Below, one piece after another: positions 10,796-23,151 of a stretch of 64,000 bases of DNA; position 1 is the stretch's first letter, and every line of letters starts with the position of its first letter. Below the pieces are notes generated by a model. The model worked only from the letters and a program-made list of their open reading frames with translations, ran no database searches and had not been told where the DNA came from. The position numbers were made by a program, and so were the translations under genes. Where the stretch lies: positions 199,899 through 263,898 of the forward strand of contig CAVZFY010000010.1 of NCBI GenBank assembly GCA_963774695.1. The letters run 5' to 3'. This DNA is from an uncultured Chloroflexia bacterium (GTDB taxonomy: Bacteria; Chloroflexota; Limnocylindria; Limnocylindrales; CSP1-4).

Positions 10796-12782
10796 GCGGG
10801 CGCCTCGTCGTCGAGGTCCACCAGCGGCGCGCCGCGCACCACCTGGTCGCCCACCGCCACGTGCAGCCGCGCGACGCGGCCGGCGCCGGACGCGGCGATC
10901 ACGTGCTCCATCTTCATCGCCTCGAGGATGACGAGCGGGGCGTTCGGGCGCACGCGGTCCCCCTCGGCGACGTGGATCCGCACGATGCGGCCGGGCATCG
11001 GCGCGGCGAGGGCATCGGGTCCATCGGCCGAGGCGACCGGCGGCGAAGCGTCCGGCGGCGGTGCCGGCGAGATGCGGTGACGGCGTCCGCGCCAGGCGAC
11101 CGTCTCGACCCGGCGGACGCCGACCGCCGGGCGGACGAGCGCCGTGTCGTCGCCGATCGCGAGGGACCAGCCGGCCTCGCCGTCCCCGCCGGCGAGCTCG
11201 GCACGCGACGACCGCCCGTCGAGGTCGACCACCGCCCCGGCGCCACCCGCGTCGACCGTCGTCCGCGTCGTCGCCGACCGGCCGCCGGCCAGCCAGCGCA
11301 TGGGCTCGGCGATCCGCCCGGCCCGCCACGGGACGGCGGCCCGCCACGGATCCCCGGGGAGCGGCGCGTCCGCGACCGGCGCCGCCAGCGACCGCGACGC
11401 CGCGGCGGCGACGATGACCTCGTCCGGGACGGCGGCCAGGCGATCGGCGACCGCGTGCTCGTCGAGGAAGCCCGTGTGCAGGTCGCCGGCGCGGAACGCC
11501 GGCTCGTCGAGGACGGCCGCGAGCAGGTCGACGTTCGTCTCGACGCCCTCGATCCGGGTCGCGTCGAGCGCGTCCACCAGCGCGTCGATCGTCGCGGCCC
11601 GGTCGGCCCGATGCGCGATCACCTTCGCCAGCAGCGAGTCGTAGAACGGCGAGATCGTCGAGCCCGCCTCGATCCCGGTGTCCACGCGCACGCCGCCGGG
11701 CAGGTCCAACGCCGTCACGACGCCCGTCGACGGCAGGAACCCGGCCAGCGGATCCTCCGCGACGATCCGCAGCTCCATCGCGTGCCCGTCGAGGCGGACG
11801 TCCGCCTGCGCCGAAGCCCAGCGGCTCGCCGGCCGCGACCCGCAGCTGCTGCTCGACGAGGTCGAGCCCGGTCACGGCCTCGGTCACCGGGTGCTCCACC
11901 TGGAGCCGCGCGTTGACCTCGAGGAAGAAGAACGCCCCGCCGCGCGTCGAGCAGGAACTCGACCGTGCCCGCGCCCTCGTACCCGGCGGCGCGGACCAGC
12001 CGCAGCGCGGCCTCCCCCATCGACGCCCGGAGCGCCGCCGACACCGCCGGCGACGGCGACTCCTCGATCAGCTTCTGGTGCCGCCGCTGCACGCTGCACT
12101 CGCGCTCGCCCAGGTGCACGACGGCGCCGTGGGCGTCCGCGAGGACCTGGACCTCCACGTGGCGCGGCCGTTCGAGGTAGCGCTCGAGCAGCAGCCGGTC
12201 GTCGCCGAACGACGCCGCCGCCTCGCGCCGCGCCGCCGCCAGCGCCTCGTCGAGCTCGCCGGGCTCCCGGACCACGCGCATCCCGCGCCCGCCGCCGCCC
12301 GCGCTCGCCTTGACCAGCAACGGGTAGCCGATGCCCCCGGCCGCCTCGCGCAGCGCCGCGTCGGACGCGTCCTCGCCGTGGTAGCCCGGCAGGATCGGCA
12401 CGCCGGCCGATGCCGCGAGCGCCTTCGCGTGCGCCTTGTCCCCCAGCGCCCGCATGGCCGCGGCGGGCGGCCCGACCCAGACGAGGCCCGCCTCGATGCA
12501 CGCGTCGGCGAATGCGGCGTTCTCGCTCAGGAACCCGTAGCCCGGGTGGAGCGCCTCCGCGCCGGTCGAGCGCGCCGCGTCGAGGACGGCCTCGACGCGC
12601 AGGTAGCTCTCGGCGGCCGGCCCGGCCCCGATCCGGACGGCCTCGTCGGCCGCGCGGACGTGCGGGGACGCCCAGTCGGCGTCCGAGTACACGGCGACCG
12701 TCCGGATCCCGAGCCGCGCGCACGTGCGCATCACCCGCAGCGCGATCTCGCCCCGGTTCGCGACGAGGACCGACGAGAACAC
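10792..12782 (-). CDS. Biotin carboxylase/biotin carrier alpha subunit (3-methylcrotonyl-CoA carboxylase-like); frameshifted
   Basis: 'LVANRGEIA', '[10 protein letters not shown]', '[11 protein letters not shown]', '[11 protein letters not shown]'; biotinyl motif 'EAMKME'. Confidence 0.93.
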
Positions 12783-12798
12783 CCGACCGACGACGCCG

Positions 12799-14426
<1,628 letters not shown>

Positions 14427-14436
14427 CCGCCGCGTG

Positions 14437-14967
14437 TCAAGGGGACAGCCGCGTCGCGTCGCCGGCGGACGACGCCGGTGGCAGGGCCAGCGCCTCCTCG
14501 AGCCACGGCCCGATCGGGTAGGCATCGTCGAGGCGCTGTTCGCCGAGGCTGCTGACCACGATGACGGTCAGGAACACCCACGCGACGACCGCGAGCGCCA
14601 CCAGGGCCAGCGGGAGCCGGTTCCACAGGAGGAAGAGCGCGACCAGCACCGTGAGGCCGGCGGCCGGCAGCGCGAGCGCCGTCGGCGCCGTGATCGATCC
14701 TCGGAGCACGCTGCCGTCCGCGGTGTCGTCGACGGCACCGATGAACTCGAGGGGCGGCGCATCCCGTCGCACGACGCCCGCGGTTCGCCCCACCACCAGG
14801 TTGAAGGACACGCGTGACCCGTCGAGCGCCCCGTCGACCAGCGTCACCCGCGAGGCCCCGCCCGGCACGGGCCGATCGTCCGCGAGCAGGGCGCCCAGGA
14901 TCGCTCGTGCGTCGTCGGCCGATCGTGGCGAATGGACGATCAGCGGCCTCGACGGCGCCCCGATCAC
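14437..14967 (-). CDS. Hypothetical membrane protein with two C-terminal TM helices
   Basis: GTGA-coupled to the ECH stop codon; hydrophobic C-terminal hairpin. Confidence 0.5.
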   Translation of the reverse strand: MIGAPSRPLIVHSPRSADDARAILGALLADDRPVPGGASRVTLVDGALDGSRVSFNLVVGRTAGVVRRDAPPLEFIGAVDDTADGSVLRGSITAPTALALPAAGLTVLVALFLLWNRLPLALVALAVVAWVFLTVIVVSSLGEQRLDDAYPIGPWLEEALALPPASSAGDATRLSP

Positions 14968-15788
14968 CGCCCGGTGAACCGCGGCTTCCGCTTCTCGGTG
15001 AACGCCCGGAAGCCCTCCCGCCGGTCGTCGCTCGACGAGCACGACCTCGTAGAGGGCGTTCTCGGCGTCGAGGCCCTCGGCGAGCGCGCGATGGGCGCCG
15101 CGAATGGCCGCCTTCGCCTGTCGGATCCCGAGCGGGGCGCCCTCGGCGATGGTCCGCGCGAGGGCGATCGCCGACGCACGGGCCTCCCCGGCCGGAACGA
15201 CGCGCGCGACCACGCCCCAGGCCTCGGCCTCCGCCGCGGTCAGCCGCCGGCCGGTCAGGATCACGTCGCGCGCCCTGGCCGGCCCGACGAGCCAGGTCAG
15301 CGTCTGCGTCGAGCCGCCGCCCGGAAAGATCCCGACGCGCACCTCGGGCAGCCCGAACGTCGCCCCCTCCCCGGCCACGACCAGGTCGCAGGCCAGCGCG
15401 AGCTCGAAGCCCCCGCCCAGCGCGACGCCGTCCACGGCCGCGATCGTCGGCACCGGCAGCTCGTGGAGGCGCCGGATCAGCGCCACGATCAGCGCCCGCT
15501 GGGCGCGCAGCTCGTCGTCGGAGAAGCCGGCCCGCTCCTTGAGGTCCATGCCCGCGCAGAAGGCGCGCTCGCCCGCGGCCGCGAGCACGACCCCGCGTAG
15601 CGCCGCGTCCGCCTCGAGCTCGTCGAGCGCCGCGTGCAGGGCGGCCAGCATCGCGTCGTCGATCGCGTTCATGACCTCCGGCCGGTCGAGCGTCAGGACG
15701 ACGACGTCGCCGCGCCGTCCTCGAGCGCCAGGCGGTCGACCCGCAGGGGCCGCGAATCGGCAGGCTCGATCGAACGAGTATCGGTCAC
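14964..15788 (-). CDS. Enoyl-CoA hydratase/isomerase (methylglutaconyl-CoA hydratase-like); frameshifted
   Basis: 'LTLDRPEVMNAID', 'AFCAGMDLKER', 'ALGGGFELALACD', 'GLPEVRVGIFPGGG', '[12 protein letters not shown]'. Confidence 0.92.
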
Positions 15789-17407
15789 GGCTCCACGGCC
15801 ACGCGCTCGTCGCGATGCTCGTAGACCGAGGCCATCGGGTCGGCGCCGCGCGTCGCCAGCGGATCGCGCCGGCCGAGCCCGAGCCATGCGACCACCCCGC
15901 CGAGCACCGCGGCCAGCGCCGCCCAGGAACAGGGCCGTCCGGACGCCGGCGACGTAGGCGTCGACGTAGGCGATCGACGACGGTCGGGCTGGATCGCGCG
16001 CGCGAGCGCCGGGAACGACGGCGTCCCGACGGCATACAGGACGTCGGCGAAGCTGCTGTCGCGCCTCGGCGGCCGCGACCGGCGCCAGCGACCTGGACGC
16101 CGGCGTCGTACGTGCTCAGCGCGACCGCCGCCACGATCGCCGTCACGATCACGATGCCGATCCGGTTGCCGACCGCCAGCGACGCCTCGTTGAGCGCGGC
16201 CGCGGTCGCCGGCAGGCCCCGCGGGACGCTCGCGAAGATGATCGCCGTCCGCACGGTCGTCGCCGACGACGAACCCGGCGCCGATCAGCAGCAGCGGCAG
16301 GACGAACAGCACGTAGCCGGTCGCCGGCCCCGCGATCAGCGCGACCCCGAGGTTGCCGAGCCCACGGTGACCAGCCCCGCGGCGACGAGCACCCGCGGCG
16401 GGAAGCGCGACGAGCAGGTAACCCGGCGACCGGGCCCGGCGACGATCAGCCCGGCGATCAGCGGCGCGATGGCGAGCAACCCGAACATCGGGCCGAAGCG
16501 GGCGAACGATCGCGAAGTACTGCGGCAGGATGAGCATCGGCGCCGACTGGGCGAGCGCGATCACCACGCCGGCGAACAGGGCGACGGTCACGGGCCGCCG
16601 GTCGACCTGCAGGTCCGCGGGGTGGGTGACGCGCCGCCGGCGCTCCCAGCACGCCGAATAGGCGACCAGCAGCGCGACGCCGAAGCCGATGATCGCCCAG
16701 CGCAGGGGATGCTCCCAGCCGCTGCCCAGCCACAGGACGCCGACCGAGATCGCCACGACGGCGCTCGCCCACAGCGCCGTCCCGAGGACGTAGGGTCGCT
16801 CGAGGCGGCCGGGTCGCTCGAGGTCCGGGATCCGGCCTCGAACCACGAACAGCGCGACCAGCGGCCACGACCGGCGCGACGACGAACCCCGGCCACTGGG
16901 CGCCGGGAGGAAGGTGAGCAGCATCGGCATGACCGCGAGTGCGCCCGCGTAGATCGCGTACGCGATGCCGAGCGCGGTCGCGCGCGCGACGCCGCGGTAG
17001 GCGAGGGCGACCGAGGCCAACGCGGCCGGGACCGTCAGCGCCGAGGCGGCCGCCCCGATCAGCCGGGCCGCGATGAACACCGGCCCCTCCGGGATCAGGA
17101 GCCCCACCGTGCCCGTGACGACCAGCGTGGCCAGCCCGCCGACGATGAGGGGCCGTGCGCGACGCAGGTCGCCGATCGCGCCGCCCACGAGCAGCAGGAT
17201 CGCCGACGCGACGACGCCGAGGAGCACGTACGCCTCGAGGCTCGGTCGCTCCCGGATGGCCGCCTGCACGGTCGACAGCGACGGGCCCCAGACCTTCGGG
17301 TCGAGACCCGCCGCGAACAGCGCGAACACGCCCGCGAGGAGCGTCGTCCGGGCCTGCCGATCGTCGAAGACGTCGGCGAGGACCTTGGGCAGGGGCAGTC
17401 GCGGCAT
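15785..17407 (-). CDS. MFS transporter (DHA2-like, ~14 TM); frameshifted
   Basis: Motif-A-like 'GGAIGDLRRAR' and many TM segments spread over several frames. Confidence 0.8.
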   Translation of the reverse strand: MPRLPLPKVLADVFDDRQARTTLLAGVFALFAAGLDPKVWGPSLSTVQAAIRERPSLEAYVLLGVVASAILLLVGGAIGDLRRARPLIVGGLATLVVTGTVGLLIPEGPVFIAARLIGAAASALTVPAALASVALAYRGVARATALGIAYAIYAGALAVMPMLLTFLPAPSGRGSSSRRSWPLVALFVVRGRIPDLERPGRLERPYVLGTALWASAVVAISVGVLWLGSGWEHPLRWAIIGFGVALLVAYSACWERRRRVTHPADLQVDRRPVTVALFAGVVIALAQSAPMLILPQYFAIVRPLRPDVRVARHRAADRRADRRRARSPGYLLVALPAAGARRRGAGHRGLGNLGVALIAGPATGYVLFVLPLLLIGAGFVVGDDRADGDHLRERPAGPAGDRGRAQRGVAGGRQPDRHRDRDGDRGGGRAEHVRRRRPGRWRRSRPPRRDSSFADVLYAVGTPSFPALARAIQPDRRRSPTSTPTSPASGRPCSWAALAAVLGGVVAWLGLGRRDPLATRGADPMASVYEHRDERVAVEP

Positions 17408-17481
17408 ACCGCGCGATGCTACAGGCCGGTGATCACGCCGAGAGCGAGCCGGGCGACGAGCCCGGCCCGGGTGTGCGTCCG

Positions 17482-18403
17482 CTAGTTGACGAGCGTCTCC
17501 CCGTCGGACGCGGGATCCTCGCCCGCCGCCGGCGCCTGGACCGTCACGGTCCGCTCGTCCGTCCCGCGGACCAGCGTCACCTCGAGCGGCAGGCCGGTGC
17601 GGCCCAGGAGCTCGTGGAGATCGTCGATGTCGGGGATGGGCGACCCGCCGGCGGCGACGAGCAGGTCGCCCTCCTGGATCCCCGCGGCGTCCGCGGGGCT
17701 GCCGGGCTCCACGCCACGGACGAGCACGCCGTCACGCTCCGGGAGGCCGACCGAGCGGCGCAGGTGACTGGCGACGTGCGCGGGCGCGACGGCGATGCCG
17801 AGGTGCGGGCGCTCGCGGGTCTCGCCCCGTCCGAGCGCATCGACCCGCGTCTTGAGCGCCGTCATCGGCCGGCAGGGCCAGGTAGAAGCCCTCGCCGACC
17901 CGGTTGGTGGACAGGCCGACGAGCGCGCCGTCGGCGTCGAGGAGCGGGCTGCCGGACGATCCCGGCGCGAGCGGCGCGGTGTGCTCGAGCGAGCCCGAGA
18001 TGCGCCGGCCGCCGGGCCCGCGGAAGGCCCGCTCGACGGAGGACACGAAGCCGAACGACACGCGCGTCCCACCGGACGAGGTGGCGGCGGCGGCGAACAC
18101 GGCCGACCCGATGGTCGCGCCGCCCGTGGCCCAGGCGATGGCCGGGGCGCCCTCGGTGTCGACCTCGACGACCGCGAGGTCGCCGTCCCAGTCGACGCCC
18201 TTGACGGTGCCGACGGCCGTCCGGCCGCCGGGGAAGCGGACGGTGACCTCGCCGCCGCGCAGGTTGTGGGCGTTGGTCAGGACGCGGCCGTCGGCGACGA
18301 CGACGCCGGATCCACGGAGACGGGAGCCGATCCCGACGACGGACGGACCGACGGCGGTGGCGACGGAGGCGACGGCCTCCTGGAGCTCGTTGAGCACGGA
18401 CAT
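17482..18403 (-). CDS. Trypsin-like (S1C/HtrA) serine protease with PDZ domain and no signal peptide; frameshifted
   Basis: Catalytic triad motifs 'LTNAHN', 'DGDLAV', 'APGSSGSPL'; PDZ 'VEPGSPADAAGIQEGDLL'. Confidence 0.88.
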
Positions 18404-18436
18404 GAGCGGTGATCCTCGCGGCGACGTGATGGTGCG

Positions 18437-18467
18437 GGTAGTGACTAGCGATTTGCAATCTACTACC
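18437..18467. promoter_or_regulatory. Imperfect AT-rich palindrome, putative HxlR-type operator between divergent genes
   Basis: GGTAGTGACTAGCGATTTGCAATCTACTACC: inverted arms GGTAGT/ACTACC in the short intergenic region. Confidence 0.5.
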
Positions 18468-18499
18468 ATCTCCGTCGTGCAGCAAGCCCCTCCCCTACC

Positions 18500-18961
18500 A
18501 TGGGCCCCGATGACGACCGAGGACCCGACGACCGCGCACGACCGAGGCCGCGAGCGCCCTCGGCATCGCGCTCGACCGCGTCGGGCGACCGCTGGAGCCT
18601 GCTCATCGTCGAGGCGCTCCTCCCCGGCGCGCGGCGCTTCGGCGAGCTCGGCGAGGCGGTGCCGCGGGATCGCGCCCAACATCCTCTCGGACCGGCTGCG
18701 GCGCCTCGAGCGCGGCGGGATCCTCGTCGCGACGCCGTACTCGCGCAAGCCCGTGCGCATGGAGTACGCGCTGACCGCCGACGGCCGCGAGCTCGCGGGC
18801 GCCCTCCACCTCCTCGCGGACTGGGGCGTGCGCCGCGGCGGGCCCGGCGAGCCGCTCCGCCACGCGCGCGTGCGGGACGCCGCTCGAGGCGCGGTGGCAC
18901 TGCCCGACGTGCGGGCTGCTGCGTCGAGGACGCCGAGCCCGACGGGCTGACGCGCCTCTGA
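18500..18961 (+). CDS. HxlR-family winged-helix regulator with a C-terminal H/Cys metal-binding tail; frameshifted
   Basis: 'GDRWSLLIVEALL.GARRFGEL', 'IAPNILSDRLRRLE', 'EYALTADGREL', '..CGTPLEARWHCPTCG'. Confidence 0.88.
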   Translation: MGPDDDRGPDDRARPRPRAPSASRSTASGDRWSLLIVEALLPGARRFGELGEAVPRDRAQHPLGPAAAPRARRDPRRDAVLAQARAHGVRADRRRPRARGRPPPPRGLGRAPRRARRAAPPRARAGRRSRRGGTARRAGCCVEDAEPDGLTRL

Positions 18962-18972
18962 CCGGCGGCGCC

Positions 18973-20569
18973 CTACGCGCCCGGCGAACGCGACCGCGAG
19001 CGGGTCGAACGCCTCGGTCCGCTCGGCGACCGCGTCGGCGCCGAGGTGGCCCGCCGCGAACGCGAGCGGCGCGTCGACGAGGCTGCTCCAGCCCCCGTCC
19101 TCGAGCGCGCGCAGCGTCGCCGTCGCCGCCTCGACGGCCCGCGTCGCGTGGTCGAGCGCGATGCCCCGCAGCTCCGGGACGGCCCGTGACGCGCGCAGGC
19201 CGGCGGCCACCCCGGTCGTCGCCTGGGTGTAGGCGGCCTCCGTCGGCGTCGGCGCCCGGGCGCCGGACGACGGCCAGCGCGTCGCCGGCATCGGCGAGCA
19301 GCGCCGCCGACGATCGCGTGCCACAGCATCGCGAGGTCCGGCCGGACGGCGGGCTCGACGAAGGCGAGCGGATGCCCCGGGAGCAGCGACCGGCGCAGCG
19401 CGATCTCCGCCGCGACCCGCGCCGGCGCCCCGGACTCCTCGATCAGCCAGTCGGGGAAGGCGCCGACGACCACGGCGTCGGGGCCGAGGCCGTCGCGGCG
19501 CGCGAGGGCCACGGCCAGGAGCTGGCAGGGCGAGCGCGCGCCCGGCGCGCGTCGCCGGGTCGGACGGGACGCCCTTGGCGAGGTCCCCGGCGACGATCAG
19601 CGGCCCGGCGGGGACGAGGACCTGCGTTCCCGCGCGCGCCAGGAGCCGGTGCGCGAACACGTGGTCGGCGATCGCCCGGTCCGGGTCGACGCGGCCCGGC
19701 GACGATCTCGCGCATCGGGTCGGCGATGACGATGTCGATCCGCTCGAACGCCGCGACGACCGCCTGGTCCGGCGCGGCGAGGGCGGGGGCGTCGGTCATG
19801 ATCCGGACGTAGCCGCGGCGGCGCGCGCCCGCCTCGTCGACGAACCGGCGCAGGACCGCGAGCGAGCGCTGGGCGCCGGTCGGGATCGGCTGCCCGGACG
19901 GGTCGAAGGTGTCGAGGCCGCCCCGCGACGACGGGTGCGCGCGCCATCGCTCCACGGGGGCGCCGGTCCGCGCGGTCCGCTCCGCGAGCTCGCGGCTGGG
20001 CGGCACGTCGACGCGGACGAGCTCGGCGCCGGCGTCGATGGCGGCCCTGGCCTCGTCGAGCGCATCCACGATGGCCGCCGACCCGAGGCCGGTCCCGACC
20101 CACGGCCGCGGCGGGTCGCCGAGCACCGCCAGCAGCTCGCGGCGCGCCGTGCGGTTCGCGTCCATCCGGTCCATCGCGGCCCGCGCGAGCGCCGCGGCGT
20201 CGGCGGTCGCGACCGCCCGCCGGTCGGACTCGGCGAGCAGCTCGGCCTCGAGCCCGAGGTCGACGTTGCCCGCGGCCACCGCGAGCGCGAGCTCCTGCGG
20301 CGCGAGGTCGTACTCCGCCAGCGCCATGGCGAACGGCAGCGCGATCCCGCCGCCGAGCCGCCGCGGATCCGGGCCGAGGTAGCGGTCGACGACCTCGGCG
20401 GCGAGCGGCCGCCCGGCGCGGTCGAGCCCGGAGACGCCGAACAGGCGCAGGATCGCCCGCTCCTGGCCGATGGTGGTCGAGGCCGCGGCGCTCGTGCCCC
20501 AGCCGACGCGAGCTCCGTGGCACGGGCGAGGAGGGCCTCGAGGTCCTGGCGCTCGCCGAGCTGCTGCAT
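18973..20569 (-). CDS. Divergent D-lysine 5,6-aminomutase alpha-subunit (KamD-like) TIM-barrel protein; frameshifted
   Basis: 'STTIGQERAILRLFGVSGLDRAGRPL', 'LRRFVDEAGARRRGYVRIMT', 'AFERIDIVIAD', 'DPDRAIADHVFAHRL' are collinear with KamD segments recalled from memory. Confidence 0.7.
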
Positions 20570-20638
20570 CCGCGCAGTATGGCTGGCGGCGAGGGCGCGG
20601 GGCGAGCCGGGTCGGGCGGCGACCTCGCGGTCGGCCGG

Positions 20639-21423
20639 TCAGGCCTCGGGCGGCTCCGGCGCGGTCCGCGCGACATGGCCGACCCAGACGTGGCCGTCGG
20701 TGAACCGCTCCGCCTTCCAGATCGGCGCCCGCGCCTTGGTCTCGTCGATCGCGTAGCGCGCCGCCGCGAACGCGGCGTCCCGGTGCGGCGCCACGGCGAC
20801 CACGATCACCGACGCCTCGCCCAGCGGCACGGCGCCGGAGCGGTGCACGATCGCCAGCCGCCGGACGCCGAACCGCGCCTCGATCTCGTCGGCGATCGCC
20901 TCGAGCACGCGCACGGCCATCGGCTCGAACGCCTCGTACTCGAGCCCGTCGACGCGCCGCCCGTCGTGGCGCGCGGCCTCGGCCTCCTGGCCCGGGCGCC
21001 GGCGTCCCCGGCGTCGCGCGCGTGCGGCCGATGAACGCGACCACGCCCCCGTCCTCGTCCGTCGCGAGCCGCTCGCTCAGCGTCCGCGACGAGGTCCGCG
21101 GGAAACGCCGCCTCGTGGATCTCGAGGATGCGCAGCCGGCGCGTCGTCCGATCCGCCGCTGACCGGCGGGATGCAGGCGACCTCGTCGCCGTCCGCGAGC
21201 GTCGTGTCCGGGTCCGCGTACGTGCCGTTGACGGCGAACCGCAGCGAGGCGCGCCCGGGCGCGAGGGCCGGCAACGGTCCCGACGACCGCGTCCCAGGCG
21301 TCGTCGACGGTCGCGCCGACCGGCACCTCGAGGCGCAGCTCGCGCATGCCCGGCGGTCTCGCGCTGCATCGCGAACAGCCGGACGCGGATCCGGAGCGAC
21401 GGCAGCAGCGGTCCGGTCGCCAT
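20639..21423 (-). CDS. moaX: Fused molybdopterin synthase MoaD-MoaE (MoaX-type); frameshifted
   Basis: MoaD part 'IRVRLFA...FAVNGTYAD..LADGDEVACIPPVSGG' continues with no stop into the MoaE part 'LEYEAFEPMA...HRSGAVPLGEASV...APIWKAE'. Confidence 0.8.
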
Positions 21424-22280
21424 CAGACCAGCAGCCCGGCGCCGAAGTACAGGCCCGCGGCCAGGATCGTCCCCGCCGCGATCGCCCCGACGTCGATGTA
21501 CAGCAGGCCGGTCGCGGACTCCATCGACCGCGTCCTCGCGGTCTGGATCGCGGCCCACGAGACGATCAGCGGGAACACGAGCCCGATCACGAGCCGCAGC
21601 CACACGAACAGCGCCCACGGCCCGACCAGCGCCGAGAACGGCCCGCCCGCGCCGGTCGCGGCCGCCCGAGCCGGGCCCGGCGCCGAACCCGACCCACGCC
21701 ACGAACAGCACGACCTGGAGCGCCACGATCCACAGGAGGCGCCGCGAGACGAGCACGAGCGGCGCCTCGGGCAGGCGCGGCGTCACGAGGTACCAGTGCC
21801 CGAGGATCATCGCGGCGAACACGCCGCCGGTCGCGGCCGCGAGCAGGCCCGAGCTGGATCGCGAGCGGGACGGCGCCGAGCGGGCCGCCGCCCCACGTCA
21901 GCGCGGCGAGCAGGATCACGCGAGCCCGGCGACTCGCCGGCGATCGCCGGGGATCGACGCCCGTCGCCCGCGCATGAGCGCGATCGTCGTGACCACCGCG
22001 AGCACGACGAACACGCAGGAGGGCCGCCCGCCGCGGCTCGTCGAAGGCGGCGTTGACGGGGATCGGCGAGCTGACCCCGAGCGGCGGCAGGCCCGGTGTC
22101 GGACAGGTAGGCGAGCACGCCGAACGCGGCCGCGCAGGCCGCGGTGAACGCGAGGTAGCCCTTCGTGGCGGACGTGGCGAGGCGGCCGAGCAGGACGACG
22201 GCGAACGAGCCGACGGCGAGGCCGGTGAGCAGCGTCCAGTTGATGAGCGCGAGGTTCGTGGCGATCTGCTCGGCGGGCAC
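21423..22280 (-). CDS. Polytopic membrane protein with an 'AMILGHWYL' motif; frameshifted
   Basis: About 7-8 TM segments; C-terminal 'RSMESATGLLY'; translationally coupled to moaX. Confidence 0.7.
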
Positions 22281-22377
22281 GGGCGGAGTGTAGCCGTGAC
22301 CCCGTCCCGGGGCGGACACGCCGATAATGGCCGCGACGGCGACCGACGCGGGCGCCGCCACGCGGCAGGAGGCTTCG

Positions 22378-23103
22378 ATGACGATCGGACGCGGCGCCAC
22401 GTTCACCTGGCTCGGCCACGCCGGCGTCGAGGTGACGACCCCCGGCGGCCAGGTCGTGCTGATCGACCCCTGGTTCGGCAACCCGAACAGCCCGCGGGCC
22501 GAGGCGGCCCAGGAGCGGTGCGACGTGCTCCTCGTGACGCACGGCCACTTCGACCACTTCGACGCGGAGACGCTCGCGCTCGCGCGCCGCCTGCACCCGA
22601 CGATGCCCTGCATCCACGAGCTGAGCCTGTATCTCGGCGCGCAGCTCGGCGACGCCGCCGAGGTGATCGGCATGAACGCGGGCGGCACCGTCGAGACGCA
22701 CGGCCTGCGCGTGACGATGGTGCCCGCGGTGCACTCGAGCGGCGACGTCATGGGCGGCGACCGGGTGCACTACTTCGGGGAGCCGATCGGGTTCGTGATC
22801 GAGCTCGAGAACGGGTTCCGGATCTACGACTCGGGCGACACCACCGTGTTCGGCGACATGGCGCTGATCCGCGAGCTGTACAAGCCGGACCTCGCGATCA
22901 TCCCGATCGGCGGCCACTTCACGATGGACCCGGCCGCGGCCGCGGTCGCCGTCGGCCTGCTGGGCGTGCGGGACGTGCTCCCGGTCCACTGGGGCACGTT
23001 CCCCATCCTGGCCGGGACGCCGGCGGCGCTCGTCACCGAGCTCGGGGCGCGCGGCATCGAGGCGAACGTGGTCGACTGGAAGCCGGGCGAGTCGGCGGAC
23101 TAG
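22378..23103 (+). CDS. Metallo-beta-lactamase-fold metal-dependent hydrolase (UPF0173)
   Basis: 'TWLGHA', 'THGHFDH', 'AVHSS', 'GDT', 'PIGGHFTM', 'PVHWGTFP'; AGGAGG SD. Confidence 0.92.
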   Translation: MTIGRGATFTWLGHAGVEVTTPGGQVVLIDPWFGNPNSPRAEAAQERCDVLLVTHGHFDHFDAETLALARRLHPTMPCIHELSLYLGAQLGDAAEVIGMNAGGTVETHGLRVTMVPAVHSSGDVMGGDRVHYFGEPIGFVIELENGFRIYDSGDTTVFGDMALIRELYKPDLAIIPIGGHFTMDPAAAAVAVGLLGVRDVLPVHWGTFPILAGTPAALVTELGARGIEANVVDWKPGESAD

Positions 23104-23119
23104 CCGCCGCGGGTGCGGT

Positions 23120-23142
23120 GGGCCGGACGCTGGGTCCGGCCC
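23120..23142. terminator. GC-rich hairpin between convergent genes (probable bidirectional terminator)
   Basis: GGGCCGGAC-gctgg-GTCCGGCCC, a perfect 9-bp stem. Confidence 0.5.
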
Positions 23143-23151
23143 GGAACGCGG

